From assembly GCA_964616855.1 (NCBI GenBank), contig CAZTUJ010000001.1:524784-588783 (forward strand): a stretch of 64,000 nt of DNA, written 5' to 3'. Numbering within the stretch: position 1 is the first letter of the stretch; the number at the start of each line of letters is the position of its first letter. This DNA is from an uncultured Gammaproteobacteria bacterium (GTDB lineage: Bacteria > Patescibacteriota > Patescibacteriia > Patescibacteriales > UBA12465). The notes under the pieces were generated by a model. The model was not told where the DNA came from. It ran no database searches and saw only the letters and a list, made by a program, of their open reading frames with translations. The translations under genes were made by a program, and so were the position numbers. Positions 7,978 to 16,849 of this stretch are shown piece after piece.

Positions 7978-9831
7978 TTAATCAAGCTTTGTTTCGTCTA
8001 AGAAAAGCGCCATCACGCAACGACTACAGTCAAAAGCCAAACGATAACGTCGGCTCTCATTTTCTAAATATAAAGGCTCAACTAGTTTTTTTGCCCCCGC
8101 TTGTTTCGGGCAAGCCCCTAAAGAAAAACGCAAACAATGCTTAGTGGTCATTAAGGGGCGGCCTGTAAAATCTCCACTTAACTCAATTGCCTCCTCCTTA
8201 ACTCGAGCGCCATGCCGAACATAAAAAGCTCGAGCCAGCTGATTGGCCACATTATAACTATAATCAAGCTCTTGTTTGGGATAGGGCTGTTTATTATCAT
8301 GCCAGGGTTTTAGAGATATTCCTTGATATCCCTGAAGACTATCTTTTTCTAAAACTTCTACCGCTTGCCGGCGCCACTCGTTAATCAAGCTAAGGGCTAA
8401 AAATGGAATTTCTCCAGAGACAAAGAAATTACGTCCATAAAAATGACTGCCGCCAAGCTTAAATAACTGCCGCTGTAAATTTATCCTGGCTAATGCCTGG
8501 TCTTTAGCGAGTTCGCCCATATAGGGAAAGTTCAATTCGGCACTGGCACCATTTTCTGCCTTCACTGTTAAATAAGCTTTCTGCTTAGAAAAACGACAAG
8601 ACCAGTCGCTCGCCAACAGCCGCTGTGCCCCTTTTTGGGCTCGCTTTTCAAACTCAGGATTCTCATTCCGAAAAACCAAATCACCCACTTGCAGAGCTAA
8701 AACTTTATTAAATTTATACCAAGAGCCCGTCTGATTAATATAGGCACCGCCCATGATTTCTTTATCCCGGACAAACACCAAACCATCACCAGACTTTAAA
8801 ATAGTAGAGCTCTCAATTTGATATTTACCCGCCTGCACTGACGTAATCTGACCAATTTTTTCACCCAAGGAATTAGGAGCCAGAGCCAACCAGTCCTGGC
8901 GCTGAGCTTTGAGAAAATAATCCGTATAGCCGCGATTAAAACTCTTGCTTAAATCCGGCTCATAGGAAAAATCTACCCGCCCAAAAGAAGCGCGGACATA
9001 GGAGCCCTGGCTCTGAGCAATAATTTTGTCCAGAGCCAAACGATAAGCAGCGGTGACATTGGCGACATAGGTATCATCTTTCAAACGACCTTCAATCTTA
9101 AAGGAAGTGACGCCGGCCTTAATCAAAGCCTCTAAATGCTCTTCGGCCTTAAAATCCTTTAGGCAGAGCCAGGGCTTAGCCTTCCCTGTTAACAAGCGAC
9201 CATTAGCATCCAACAAACGATAAGGTAAGCGGCAAGCTTGCATACAGGCACCGCGGTTAGCGCTCCGACCGCTCATTTGCTGGCTAAGATAGCAACGACC
9301 GCTATAACTGACACATAAAGCCCCATGGACAAAAGTCTCTAATTCAATCTGGCTATGACGACGAATTTCAGTAATTTCTTCAATGCTTAATTCCCTACCC
9401 AAAATTACCCGCTGACAGCCAAGCTCCTCCCAAAACAAAACTTGCTCCAAACTAACATTATGTGCCTGAGTACTCATGAAAATAGGCAAAGCAGGCAAAC
9501 GCAGATTAAAAATACCAGGGTCCTGAATAATTAAAGCATCTACACCAGAGCTTCCTGCTTTATCTAAAGCATCTTGCATCGCCCCTATTTCTTCATCAAA
9601 AAAAATGGTGTTTAAAACTAAATAAACCCGCGCGCCAAAAATATGGGCGTAACGGGTTAAAGCACTAATATCCTCCCAGGAATTACCAGCCGCCTGACGG
9701 GCACCAAAACGAGGCGAAGCAATATAAACAGCATCCGCCCCATTAGCAATTGCCAGCTTACCCGCACCTAAAGTCCGAGCTGGCGCCAAAAGCTCTAAGG
9801 GGGCTACTTTATTTTTAAGCGCTGTTTTCAT
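7978..9831 (-). CDS. U32 family peptidase-like protein (collagenase-like PrtC/RlhA/TrhP family)
   Basis: 617 aa. N-terminal U32 TIM-barrel region (LELLAPA...GADAVY, ...EXFXHGALCXXYSGRC...) with a long C-terminal extension. Confidence 0.8.
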   Translation of the reverse strand: MKTALKNKVAPLELLAPARTLGAGKLAIANGADAVYIASPRFGARQAAGNSWEDISALTRYAHIFGARVYLVLNTIFFDEEIGAMQDALDKAGSSGVDALIIQDPGIFNLRLPALPIFMSTQAHNVSLEQVLFWEELGCQRVILGRELSIEEITEIRRHSQIELETFVHGALCVSYSGRCYLSQQMSGRSANRGACMQACRLPYRLLDANGRLLTGKAKPWLCLKDFKAEEHLEALIKAGVTSFKIEGRLKDDTYVANVTAAYRLALDKIIAQSQGSYVRASFGRVDFSYEPDLSKSFNRGYTDYFLKAQRQDWLALAPNSLGEKIGQITSVQAGKYQIESSTILKSGDGLVFVRDKEIMGGAYINQTGSWYKFNKVLALQVGDLVFRNENPEFEKRAQKGAQRLLASDWSCRFSKQKAYLTVKAENGASAELNFPYMGELAKDQALARINLQRQLFKLGGSHFYGRNFFVSGEIPFLALSLINEWRRQAVEVLEKDSLQGYQGISLKPWHDNKQPYPKQELDYSYNVANQLARAFYVRHGARVKEEAIELSGDFTGRPLMTTKHCLRFSLGACPKQAGAKKLVEPLYLENESRRYRLAFDCSRCVMALFLDETKLD

Positions 9832-9901
9832 CTTTTTATTCTATTATGCCTAAAAGAAAAAGGCAAACAAAAAACGCCGTCAAAACAGCGCTCTTTTAAT
9901 G

Positions 9902-9985
9902 TGCCCGAAGGGGGACTCGAACCCCCACCTCCTTACGAAGACTAGCTCCTGAAGCTAGCGCGTCTACCAGTTCCGCCATCCGGGC
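9902..9985 (-). tRNA. tRNA-Leu (anticodon CAG), type II long variable arm
   Basis: Minus strand: GCCCGGA...CTAGC-TTCAGGA-GCTAG...GGTTCGAGTCCCCC...TTCGGGCA. CCA is not encoded. Confidence 0.9.
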
Positions 9986-10047
9986 TTCATTAATTCTTCC
10001 TATAGATTGCCACAGGCAAAAAACTTTGTAAAGGCGAACTATTGCCT

Positions 10048-10091
10048 AAAAAAACAAGAGCCCGCATCCTTGTAAAAATAAAGATGCGGGC
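10048..10091 (-). terminator. Terminator of the 10101..10592 gene
   Basis: Minus strand: GCCCGCAUC-14 nt-GAUGCGGGC, then a UCUUGUUUUUUU tail. Confidence 0.6.
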
Positions 10092-10100
10092 ACAAGAAAA

Positions 10101-10592
10101 CTAATTAAAGTAGGAGAGAGCTTCTTTGAGGACGACTAAATATTCTGTCTGAATCTCGTTATCGAAATAAGTCGATTCTTCGGTTTCCGCCCAATAGTGA
10201 TAAATACCCACACGATGCTCGTCCCAACTACCATTAAGATGGTAGTCTTTATAACCCTGTAGGTCATCAGGGTCATCGCTTCCCTCTTTCCGTACATACA
10301 CGGATAAAAATTCGTCATTGATCAGTGACGGATCACCGGCCTGCCACTGGTAATAGATAGAAAATCTTTTACCATTGCAACAGAAAACGAAAAATTTCTG
10401 GTAAACACCAGCGACATCGGTAGTGACATTACCGGAGAGGAGAAATTTTTTATCGGTATTGTTGAGCTTGTTGGCGAGTTTCCTGGCCAGGATAATACCC
10501 TGCTCATCAATACGAAAAGGTGAAGAAAAAGATTGCCCAAATCCAGAAAAGAAAGTGAGCGCGAGCGTAAGAATCAAAATTGCTTTTTTCAT
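10101..10592 (-). CDS. Hypothetical secreted protein
   Basis: 163 aa with an N-terminal signal peptide (MKKAILILTLALTFFSGFG). No family recognised. Confidence 0.5.
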   Translation of the reverse strand: MKKAILILTLALTFFSGFGQSFSSPFRIDEQGIILARKLANKLNNTDKKFLLSGNVTTDVAGVYQKFFVFCCNGKRFSIYYQWQAGDPSLINDEFLSVYVRKEGSDDPDDLQGYKDYHLNGSWDEHRVGIYHYWAETEESTYFDNEIQTEYLVVLKEALSYFN

Positions 10593-10702
10593 TGCTACGA
10601 GTTTTAAATTAAAAATGAACTAAAAATTATCAATTTAAACTACCATTACTTTAATTTTATGTCAATAACAAAGAAAAAAATAAAATGCTATAATAAATAA
10701 AT

Positions 10703-11338
10703 ATGCTTGATTTAGCAACAGAACAAAAAATATTCTCTTCTGGCTATAAATTAATCGGCGGGATTGATGAGGCCGGCCGCGGACCCCTGGCCGGACCGGT
10801 GGTAGCGGCTTGCGTCGTTATTGGTCCCGAGTTTCAAATTAACAGCCATGAGTTAGAATTAGTCGCCGATTCAAAAAAACTGACAGCCAAGCGCCGAGAG
10901 CAGCTTTTTAGCGTTATCCGGCGCAAAACTCTAGCCGTAGAAATCGGCGTGGTTAATAATAAAGTGATTGATAAAATTAATATTCTGCAAGGCACTTTTT
11001 TAGCTATGCGCCAAGCTCTTAGTCGTCTAGATATCTCTCCGGAATATATTTTAGTAGATGGCAATCTAAAAGTGCCGGGTATAAAACAACCGCAAAAGGC
11101 GATTATCGATGGTGACGCTAAAGTTTTTGTAATTGCCGCCGCGTCCATCATCGCCAAATTCAGCCGCGACTGGCTCATGGCCGAAGCCGATAAGCAATAT
11201 CCGGAATATGAATTTGCTCGCCATAAAGGCTACGGCACTAAACGTCACCTAGAAAAAATTAAAGAATTCGGCCCCTGCCCCCTACACCGTCTCAGCTTTG
11301 CCCCTTTTAAAATCAAAGAAAAAAAGCACCCAAAATAG
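10703..11338 (+). CDS. rnhB: Ribonuclease HII
   Basis: 211 aa. GIDEAGRGPLAGPVV and DSKKLT motifs, with HKGYG in the C-terminal region. Confidence 0.95.
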   Translation: MLDLATEQKIFSSGYKLIGGIDEAGRGPLAGPVVAACVVIGPEFQINSHELELVADSKKLTAKRREQLFSVIRRKTLAVEIGVVNNKVIDKINILQGTFLAMRQALSRLDISPEYILVDGNLKVPGIKQPQKAIIDGDAKVFVIAAASIIAKFSRDWLMAEADKQYPEYEFARHKGYGTKRHLEKIKEFGPCPLHRLSFAPFKIKEKKHPK

Positions 11339-11368
11339 AGGATGCTTTTTTCAAAAAGGACAAAACAG

Positions 11369-12031
11369 TTAAATAAAGATCAAGGCTTCGGGCAGCTCAA
11401 TAACACTTTTGAATATGTGCGTTACTCTAACCCCAGCCCGAACAAATTCGCCCATCGAATGAAGTCCACTTGTAATGGCCACAAAGCTTAAGGGTGGGTT
11501 GTGTCTGCGAGCAGCTTCTAAATCGTGCTCAATACTGTCGCCAATGTAAAGAGTCTCCAAGGGGTCAAACCCAGCGCCATTCCAAAATTTTTCAAAAATT
11601 CTTGGATCCGGCTTACTGACTCCACGATCGGCAGTCTGGATATGATGAAATAACTTCTCATCAATTCCGTGTTGCTGCAAACGCCAGCTTAAACTATGGG
11701 CATCGCGGTTCGAGGCAATACCGAGGCGATAACGACCAGAGAGAAATTCTAAAGTTTCAACCAGCTTCGCCTGCTGCGGATAAACGGTAGAGTCGGCGAG
11801 TGATAAAAAAGTCTCCGCCACTTTTTTCACATTACCTTCAGACCAGGAACATTGTTGAGAAATTAAGGGGATTAACTCTGATTCCAGTCTACGCCCCCAA
11901 ATCTTCCGCACATCTTCAAAGCTTGGAGCATTTAAACCACAAGTGGTAATAGCTTTTAATAGCGTATTAATACCAACTTTGGTTGAAAGCAACAACACCC
12001 CATCGGCGTCAAAAATTAAATTTTTTTTCAT
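11369..12031 (-). CDS. HAD-superfamily hydrolase (subfamily IA-like phosphatase)
   Basis: 220 aa. Motif I (LIFDADGVLL), motif II (ASN) and a GDSxxD C-terminal motif. Confidence 0.8.
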   Translation of the reverse strand: MKKNLIFDADGVLLLSTKVGINTLLKAITTCGLNAPSFEDVRKIWGRRLESELIPLISQQCSWSEGNVKKVAETFLSLADSTVYPQQAKLVETLEFLSGRYRLGIASNRDAHSLSWRLQQHGIDEKLFHHIQTADRGVSKPDPRIFEKFWNGAGFDPLETLYIGDSIEHDLEAARRHNPPLSFVAITSGLHSMGEFVRAGVRVTHIFKSVIELPEALIFI

Positions 12032-12059
12032 CTTTTCTCTGCTTTTTTTGTAAATAACG

Positions 12060-12090
12060 AAAAAGATTACTGACGTTCAGTAATCTTTTT
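12060..12090 (-). terminator. Bidirectional hairpin terminator after hisS
   Basis: GAUUACUGA-CGU-UCAGUAAUC, flanked by A5 and T5 runs. Confidence 0.65.
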
Positions 12091-12120
12091 ATTTAAATAC
12101 AAAATTTGAACTCTGTCAAT

Positions 12121-13404
12121 CTATAATTTAGGCAAGCCTTGAATTAGTTCCTCCCCACTCTTCATATCCTTAACCTTATACTGCCCTTCAGCCTTTTCTT
12201 CTGTGCCAAAGATAATGACTCGGGCTACCCCCAGTTTATTGGCAAATTCTAGAGCTTTGCCCGGTCTTTGCGGCTCGAAGCCAAAGAGAATGTCTTTACC
12301 TTCAGACCGCAGAGCAGCTGCCAATTTCTGACTTTCTGCCAACAAATCAGCACTTAAAAGGGGAAAATAATAACGCTGATCGTTAAGAACCGGCAAAATG
12401 TTCCAACTCTCTAAGAATAAGCGCGTAGTTTCATCGCCCGGAGCCACTCCCACCGCTGGGAAGCTTTCCGTACCAAAAATTTCGGCCAAGCCGTTATAGC
12501 GCCCGCCGCCGAACAAAGCTCGGCGATTATCAGGATGATTGTCAAAAACCTCAAAAACTAAGCCGTCATAATAATCAAAGCCGCGAATCAGGGTTGGATC
12601 AAACTTAGCTTGATTATAACCAAGAGACGATAATTGTTTTAAAACGAAGTCAATCTCCTGTTTAGCAGCACGCAAAGCTTCATTCTCTTGCAAAGCGGCT
12701 GTAAACAAATTCTGCTCGCCACCCCGCATAAATGATTCTAAGCGAACAGCGGCCTCTTCTTCAGCTCCCACTGCTACTAAACGACGTACAAATTCAGCGG
12801 CTTCAATTTTAGCGTGCTTATCTAAAATGCGAAAAATTGAAGAGCTATCTTTAACTTTAATCTTAAAAGCGGGTAATAAATTATCTAAAAGCTTGCGACT
12901 ATTAAGCCGCAGAGTAAAAGAGCCGTCAGGGGCACCGAAGGCTTTCATAATATCTAAAGAAAGCTGAAAAATTTCCAAGTCGGCCGCCAAAGAAGCACTA
13001 CCAAAAATATCACAGTTAAGCTGCCAAAATTCACGATTACGCCCTCTCTGCGGTTTTTCATTACGCATAAAGTTGGCAATTGAGAAAAACTTCAAAGGTT
13101 TGGGAGAGGACGCATAGATTTTAGAAACTAAACGAGTTACTGATGGCGTCATTTCCGGGCGAATACAGAGTTCACGTCCGCCTAAATCGGTAAAAGTCAC
13201 CAATTCCTTGCCGCCCACATCTTCTCCGGACTTAGCCCGATAAATATCTGCTGCCTCCACTAAAGGCGTGAGATATTCCTGAAAGCCGTAAGCATGGCAA
13301 AGGCGACGCCAAGTTTCAAAAATATAATTCCTAATAGCAAATTCCGTTGGCAGCCAATCACTTGTTCCTTTGGGCTCCTGATTGCTTAGTTTTACTTTAC
13401 TCAT
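12121..13404 (-). CDS. hisS: Histidine--tRNA ligase
   Basis: 427 aa. Class II motifs (RPEMTPSVTR, FWQLNCDIFG, GGGRY) and an anticodon-binding C-terminal domain. Confidence 0.95.
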   Translation of the reverse strand: MSKVKLSNQEPKGTSDWLPTEFAIRNYIFETWRRLCHAYGFQEYLTPLVEAADIYRAKSGEDVGGKELVTFTDLGGRELCIRPEMTPSVTRLVSKIYASSPKPLKFFSIANFMRNEKPQRGRNREFWQLNCDIFGSASLAADLEIFQLSLDIMKAFGAPDGSFTLRLNSRKLLDNLLPAFKIKVKDSSSIFRILDKHAKIEAAEFVRRLVAVGAEEEAAVRLESFMRGGEQNLFTAALQENEALRAAKQEIDFVLKQLSSLGYNQAKFDPTLIRGFDYYDGLVFEVFDNHPDNRRALFGGGRYNGLAEIFGTESFPAVGVAPGDETTRLFLESWNILPVLNDQRYYFPLLSADLLAESQKLAAALRSEGKDILFGFEPQRPGKALEFANKLGVARVIIFGTEEKAEGQYKVKDMKSGEELIQGLPKL

Positions 13405-13435
13405 AAAATTTATACTAATAGCTTAAACTGCTAAC

Positions 13436-13804
13436 TTAAGCTTCTTGATAATAATCTAAAAATTCTTCTAAAAAACTAATCTCAGCGGCCGGTAAATCCA
13501 GCCAATCTCTTTTATCATGATGGGGATTATAATCATATTTCTGCTGACGTTCGGCTAAGGACCGTTCACATGCCAACAAGAGCTTGCTTGCCTCCATTAA
13601 GACTAAGGAAGGCTTTTCATCCCGCAAAAGCGAACGAACAGCTAAGCGCTCGCTTAAACGCAAGTAATCGTTAAAATCAGCGATAATGTTATTAGAAAAA
13701 GAAAAAGATAACAAAGCCTTAATCCGACCATCCAAAGCATCATCAGGGCGATTGATATTTTTTTCAGGGCTAAGATCTAAAGATTTGATCATTTCTGAAG
13801 ACAT
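13436..13804 (-). CDS. Hypothetical protein
   Basis: 122-aa ORF, 31 nt upstream of hisS and probably co-transcribed. No family recognised. Confidence 0.45.
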   Translation of the reverse strand: MSSEMIKSLDLSPEKNINRPDDALDGRIKALLSFSFSNNIIADFNDYLRLSERLAVRSLLRDEKPSLVLMEASKLLLACERSLAERQQKYDYNPHHDKRDWLDLPAAEISFLEEFLDYYQEA

Positions 13805-13973
13805 AAAATTATTTTATATATCCACTATTCTTAGAGCTAATTATATTATAAAGGGAGAAAAAGGCTTTGGCAAACAAATTTATCAATAAAATAAGAAAAA
13901 GTTATCTGAATTTTAGGGTGAACCCGCTATACTCTAAACATTAATCCGCGCTAGCGGTGCTAAAGAATAATTT

Positions 13974-14651
13974 ATGAAAATATTAATCATCGATGATGAA
14001 AAAGACATTGGTGCCTTCTTAAGTAAAGGACTTAAAGCGCAGGCGCACACAGTTGACCTAGCCTATGACGGCGAAAGAGGCTGCTTCCTCGCTCGCTCCG
14101 GACATTATGATCTGATTGTCCTAGACTACAATCTACCAAAACTAAATGGCGCTGAAGTACTAATAGAAATCCGCCGCGAAGGCATAGAAACTCCGGTTCT
14201 GGCCTTAACCGTTAATGCCGAGCTGGAAAAAAAGGCAGAGATGTTTAAACAAGGAGCAGATGACTACTTAACTAAGCCTTTTCTCTTTGAAGAATTTCTC
14301 TGGCACGCAGAAGCTTTGTTGCGCCGTCCCAAAACTATTATCAGAAAAAATTGGCGCTTAGGCAATCTACAACTAGACAGCAAAAGCCAAGCTGCTATCA
14401 GAAACGGGCGGCGCATCTACTTAACCGGAAAAGAGTATGCCCTGCTTGAATTATTTTTTCGCCGGCAAGACGAAGTTTTATCTCGTAGCCAGATTATGGA
14501 CAATGTCTGGGAAAATGATGCCGACCCTTTTTCTAATACCATTGAAGCCCACATTATGAGCTTGCGTAAAAAATTAAATGAACAAGGCGAGGCTGACTAT
14601 ATCCACACCTTCCCGGGCCGAGGCTATAAATTCGGCTTAAGAAAATGCTAA
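13974..14651 (+). CDS. OmpR-family two-component response regulator (no adjacent histidine kinase)
   Basis: 225 aa. Receiver domain (ILIIDDE...DLIVLDYNLP...KPF) plus a winged-helix trans_reg_C domain (LTGKEYALLELF...GRGYKF). Confidence 0.9.
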   Translation: MKILIIDDEKDIGAFLSKGLKAQAHTVDLAYDGERGCFLARSGHYDLIVLDYNLPKLNGAEVLIEIRREGIETPVLALTVNAELEKKAEMFKQGADDYLTKPFLFEEFLWHAEALLRRPKTIIRKNWRLGNLQLDSKSQAAIRNGRRIYLTGKEYALLELFFRRQDEVLSRSQIMDNVWENDADPFSNTIEAHIMSLRKKLNEQGEADYIHTFPGRGYKFGLRKC

Positions 14652-14652
14652 G

Positions 14653-15831
14653 TTAAGATTTTAAAAATTTACGACCCTTAAGAACGGCGGGTAAATATTC
14701 TTGCTGGGAATCATCTTCTAAAGGAGTGTATTTATATCCTTGAGCATAGCCCAGATCCTTCATTAGTTTAGTGGGGGCATTGCGCAAGTAGAAAGGAACA
14801 GGTAGGTTGCCACTTTTTTGCACCTCCGCCGTCACATCGGTAAAAGCGGCATAAACTGCAATGCTTTTCGGCGACTTCGCTAAATAGGCAGTAGCATGAG
14901 CCAAGTGAACACCGCACTCTGGCAAACCAATATTCTTACAAGCATCAAAAGCGGCGGTAGCTAAAAGCAAGGCACTATTATTAGCCAGACCCACATCTTC
15001 ACTAGCAAAACGGACTAGACGACGAGCAATATAAAGCGGATCTTCCCCGGCCTCAAGCATGCGGGCTAAATAATAAAGGGCGGCATCGGGATTATTGCCT
15101 CGCATTGATTTGTGGAGAGCAGAAATAAGATTATAATGTTCTTCCCCACTTTTATCGTACAGTAAATTTGGCTTATTAATTATTTGCTTAACTAAATCAA
15201 CATCAATTTGCGCCTGGTGTTCGGCTGCCGTTTCTACAAGATTAATCGCTTTGCGCGCATCGCCATTAGCCAAGCGAGCCAACAGTCGCGCTGCCTCCGG
15301 CTTAATTTTTGCTTTTAAGGTCTTAACCGCCCGCTTAACAATAAGTAATAAGTCCTCTTCGTTTAAAGACTCTAAGACCGCCACCTTAACGCGAGAGAGT
15401 AAAGCGCCGTTAACAGCAAAGCTAGGATTTTCTGTAGTCGCTCCGATTAGAATAACGGTGCCATTTTCTACTTGCGGCAACAGAGCATCTTGCTGAGCTT
15501 TATTCCAACGATGGATTTCGTCAATAAACAAAATTGTCTTCAGACCTAAGCGCTTACCAGAGCGCGCTTTTTCAATAATCAGTTTCAGGTCTTTTACACC
15601 GCTCTCTGTCGCCGATAGTTGGACGAAGTCAGCTTTAGTCTCCTGGGCAATTAAAGAGGCGAGGGTGGTCTTGCCGGAGCCAGGGGGACCCCAGAAGATA
15701 AGCGAAGAGACGCGGTCATTTTTAATCGCTTGAACCAGCCAGCCCGAATCTTGAAGGAGATGGGCCTGACCGACAACTTCACTTAAATTCTTAGGGCGCA
15801 AATAAGCCGCCAAAGGTAAGCCACCAATCAT
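14653..15831 (-). CDS. rarA: Replication-associated recombination protein A (MgsA/RarA AAA+ ATPase)
   Basis: 392 aa. Walker A (GPPGSGKTT), Walker B (LFIDEIHR) and a MgsA C-terminal domain (HYNLISALHKSMRG). Confidence 0.9.
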   Translation of the reverse strand: MIGGLPLAAYLRPKNLSEVVGQAHLLQDSGWLVQAIKNDRVSSLIFWGPPGSGKTTLASLIAQETKADFVQLSATESGVKDLKLIIEKARSGKRLGLKTILFIDEIHRWNKAQQDALLPQVENGTVILIGATTENPSFAVNGALLSRVKVAVLESLNEEDLLLIVKRAVKTLKAKIKPEAARLLARLANGDARKAINLVETAAEHQAQIDVDLVKQIINKPNLLYDKSGEEHYNLISALHKSMRGNNPDAALYYLARMLEAGEDPLYIARRLVRFASEDVGLANNSALLLATAAFDACKNIGLPECGVHLAHATAYLAKSPKSIAVYAAFTDVTAEVQKSGNLPVPFYLRNAPTKLMKDLGYAQGYKYTPLEDDSQQEYLPAVLKGRKFLKS

Positions 15832-15871
15832 ATACTTATATTGTATACTGATTTATCCGCAGAAGCTACTC

Positions 15872-15900
15872 TTGACAAAATAAAAAAATAGTATTGTAAT
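15872..15900 (+). promoter_or_regulatory. Promoter of the 15937 membrane-protein gene
   Basis: TTGACA (15872..15877), 17-nt spacer, TGTAAT (15895..15900). Confidence 0.5.
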
Positions 15901-15936
15901 GGAAGCACGTCAAACCTTCATTAAAAACCAAAAAAG

Positions 15937-16452
15937 ATGAGCAAAAAAGCAATTCACCGTCTTTGGCAGCGCCTGCTAATTTTGTCCGTAATGGCCGCCT
16001 TATTCCTGATGATCCTCCAATCGGCCCATAAGCCGATATTAATCTTTAACTGGATTATAATCATGCTGATGTTTTGTAATTTCTGGTATGGCCAAAATAA
16101 AGAAAGTAGCATCTCCTTCTTTATTGGGATGCTGATGATGGCAATACTGATGGTGATATCAATACTAAGCTTCATCGGCTGGCTCTTCAACGTCGCCATG
16201 TTTAATGGCTTCTGGGGAAAAATATTCGGCTGGCCGAGCTTAGCCTGGGCATTCATTATAGCTATGTATTCTATGTTCATGCTCGACAAAGAGATGCATG
16301 AAGATATTAAGCGCGCTTGCCGGGAAAAAATAAAGGAACACGCCCCTTTAATAATAAGCGTTTCCCTCGTAATACTCCTCGCCGCCCTGGCGATTGCTAA
16401 ATGGGAAAACATATCTGAAACTTATTCATCAATAAGAAATTGCTTCCCATGA
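15937..16452 (+). CDS. Hypothetical integral membrane protein
   Basis: 171 aa with about 5 hydrophobic helices. A promoter lies upstream and a terminator downstream. The antisense ORF 15954..16412 is treated as a shadow. Confidence 0.5.
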   Translation: MSKKAIHRLWQRLLILSVMAALFLMILQSAHKPILIFNWIIIMLMFCNFWYGQNKESSISFFIGMLMMAILMVISILSFIGWLFNVAMFNGFWGKIFGWPSLAWAFIIAMYSMFMLDKEMHEDIKRACREKIKEHAPLIISVSLVILLAALAIAKWENISETYSSIRNCFP

Positions 16453-16538
16453 AAAAAATAACTGAGGCCATCCGCCTCTTTATCTGGGCTCGCGGCATCC
16501 GTCGCAAAGCCAAAAAAAAATCGTTCTTCTACGCCTAA
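16449..16538 (+). CDS. Possible translationally coupled 29-aa basic peptide
   Basis: ATGA start/stop overlap with the preceding gene. Encodes MKKITEAIRLFIWARGIRRKAKKKSFFYA and ends 18 nt before the terminator hairpin. No homology evidence. Confidence 0.25.
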   Translation: MKKITEAIRLFIWARGIRRKAKKKSFFYA

Positions 16539-16556
16539 TCTGGCGATACAAAAAAA

Positions 16557-16585
16557 GCGATGCTTCCAATTCGAGCATCGCTTTT
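16557..16585 (+). terminator. Rho-independent (bidirectional) terminator
   Basis: GCGAUGCU-9 nt-AGCAUCGC followed by UUUU, with an A-run upstream. Confidence 0.7.
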
Positions 16586-16603
16586 CTTATACCCAAATAT
16601 ATT

Positions 16604-16789
16604 TTAATAGCGACCCTTGTCCTTAATAAAAACCATGAACATCGTCGGGACAATAAAGAGAGTCAGAAAAGAAGACAACATTAAGCCGAAGATAACCGAG
16701 CCGCCCAAGGCCCGCCACATCTCGTTGGACATCGTAATCGGTAAGATACCAAAAATAGTACAAATGGAAGTGATAAAGATGGCTTCCAA
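16604..16789 (-). pseudogene. Remnant of the C-terminus of an RND (AcrB/HAE-type) efflux permease
   Basis: 61 codons starting at TTG. ...FGILPITMSNEMWRALGGSVIFGLMLSSFLTLFIVPTMFMVFIKDK resembles the last two TM helices of RND permeases. The other ~1000 aa are absent, and an in-frame stop lies 6 codons upstream. Confidence 0.5.
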
Positions 16790-16849
16790 TTGATAACTGT
16801 ATTCTTAAAATAAGCTAAAAAGATATTAAAGTCAAACTAAAAACCCGCA

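Noticed and set aside
15954-16412. A 152-aa antisense ORF almost fully overlapping the 15937..16452 membrane-protein gene.
   Set aside because: The plus-strand frame has a promoter (15872..15900), a terminator (16557..16585) and regular TM-helix periodicity. The minus frame has no signals and an Ile/Ser/Arg-rich shadow composition. This is a judgment call, not proof.
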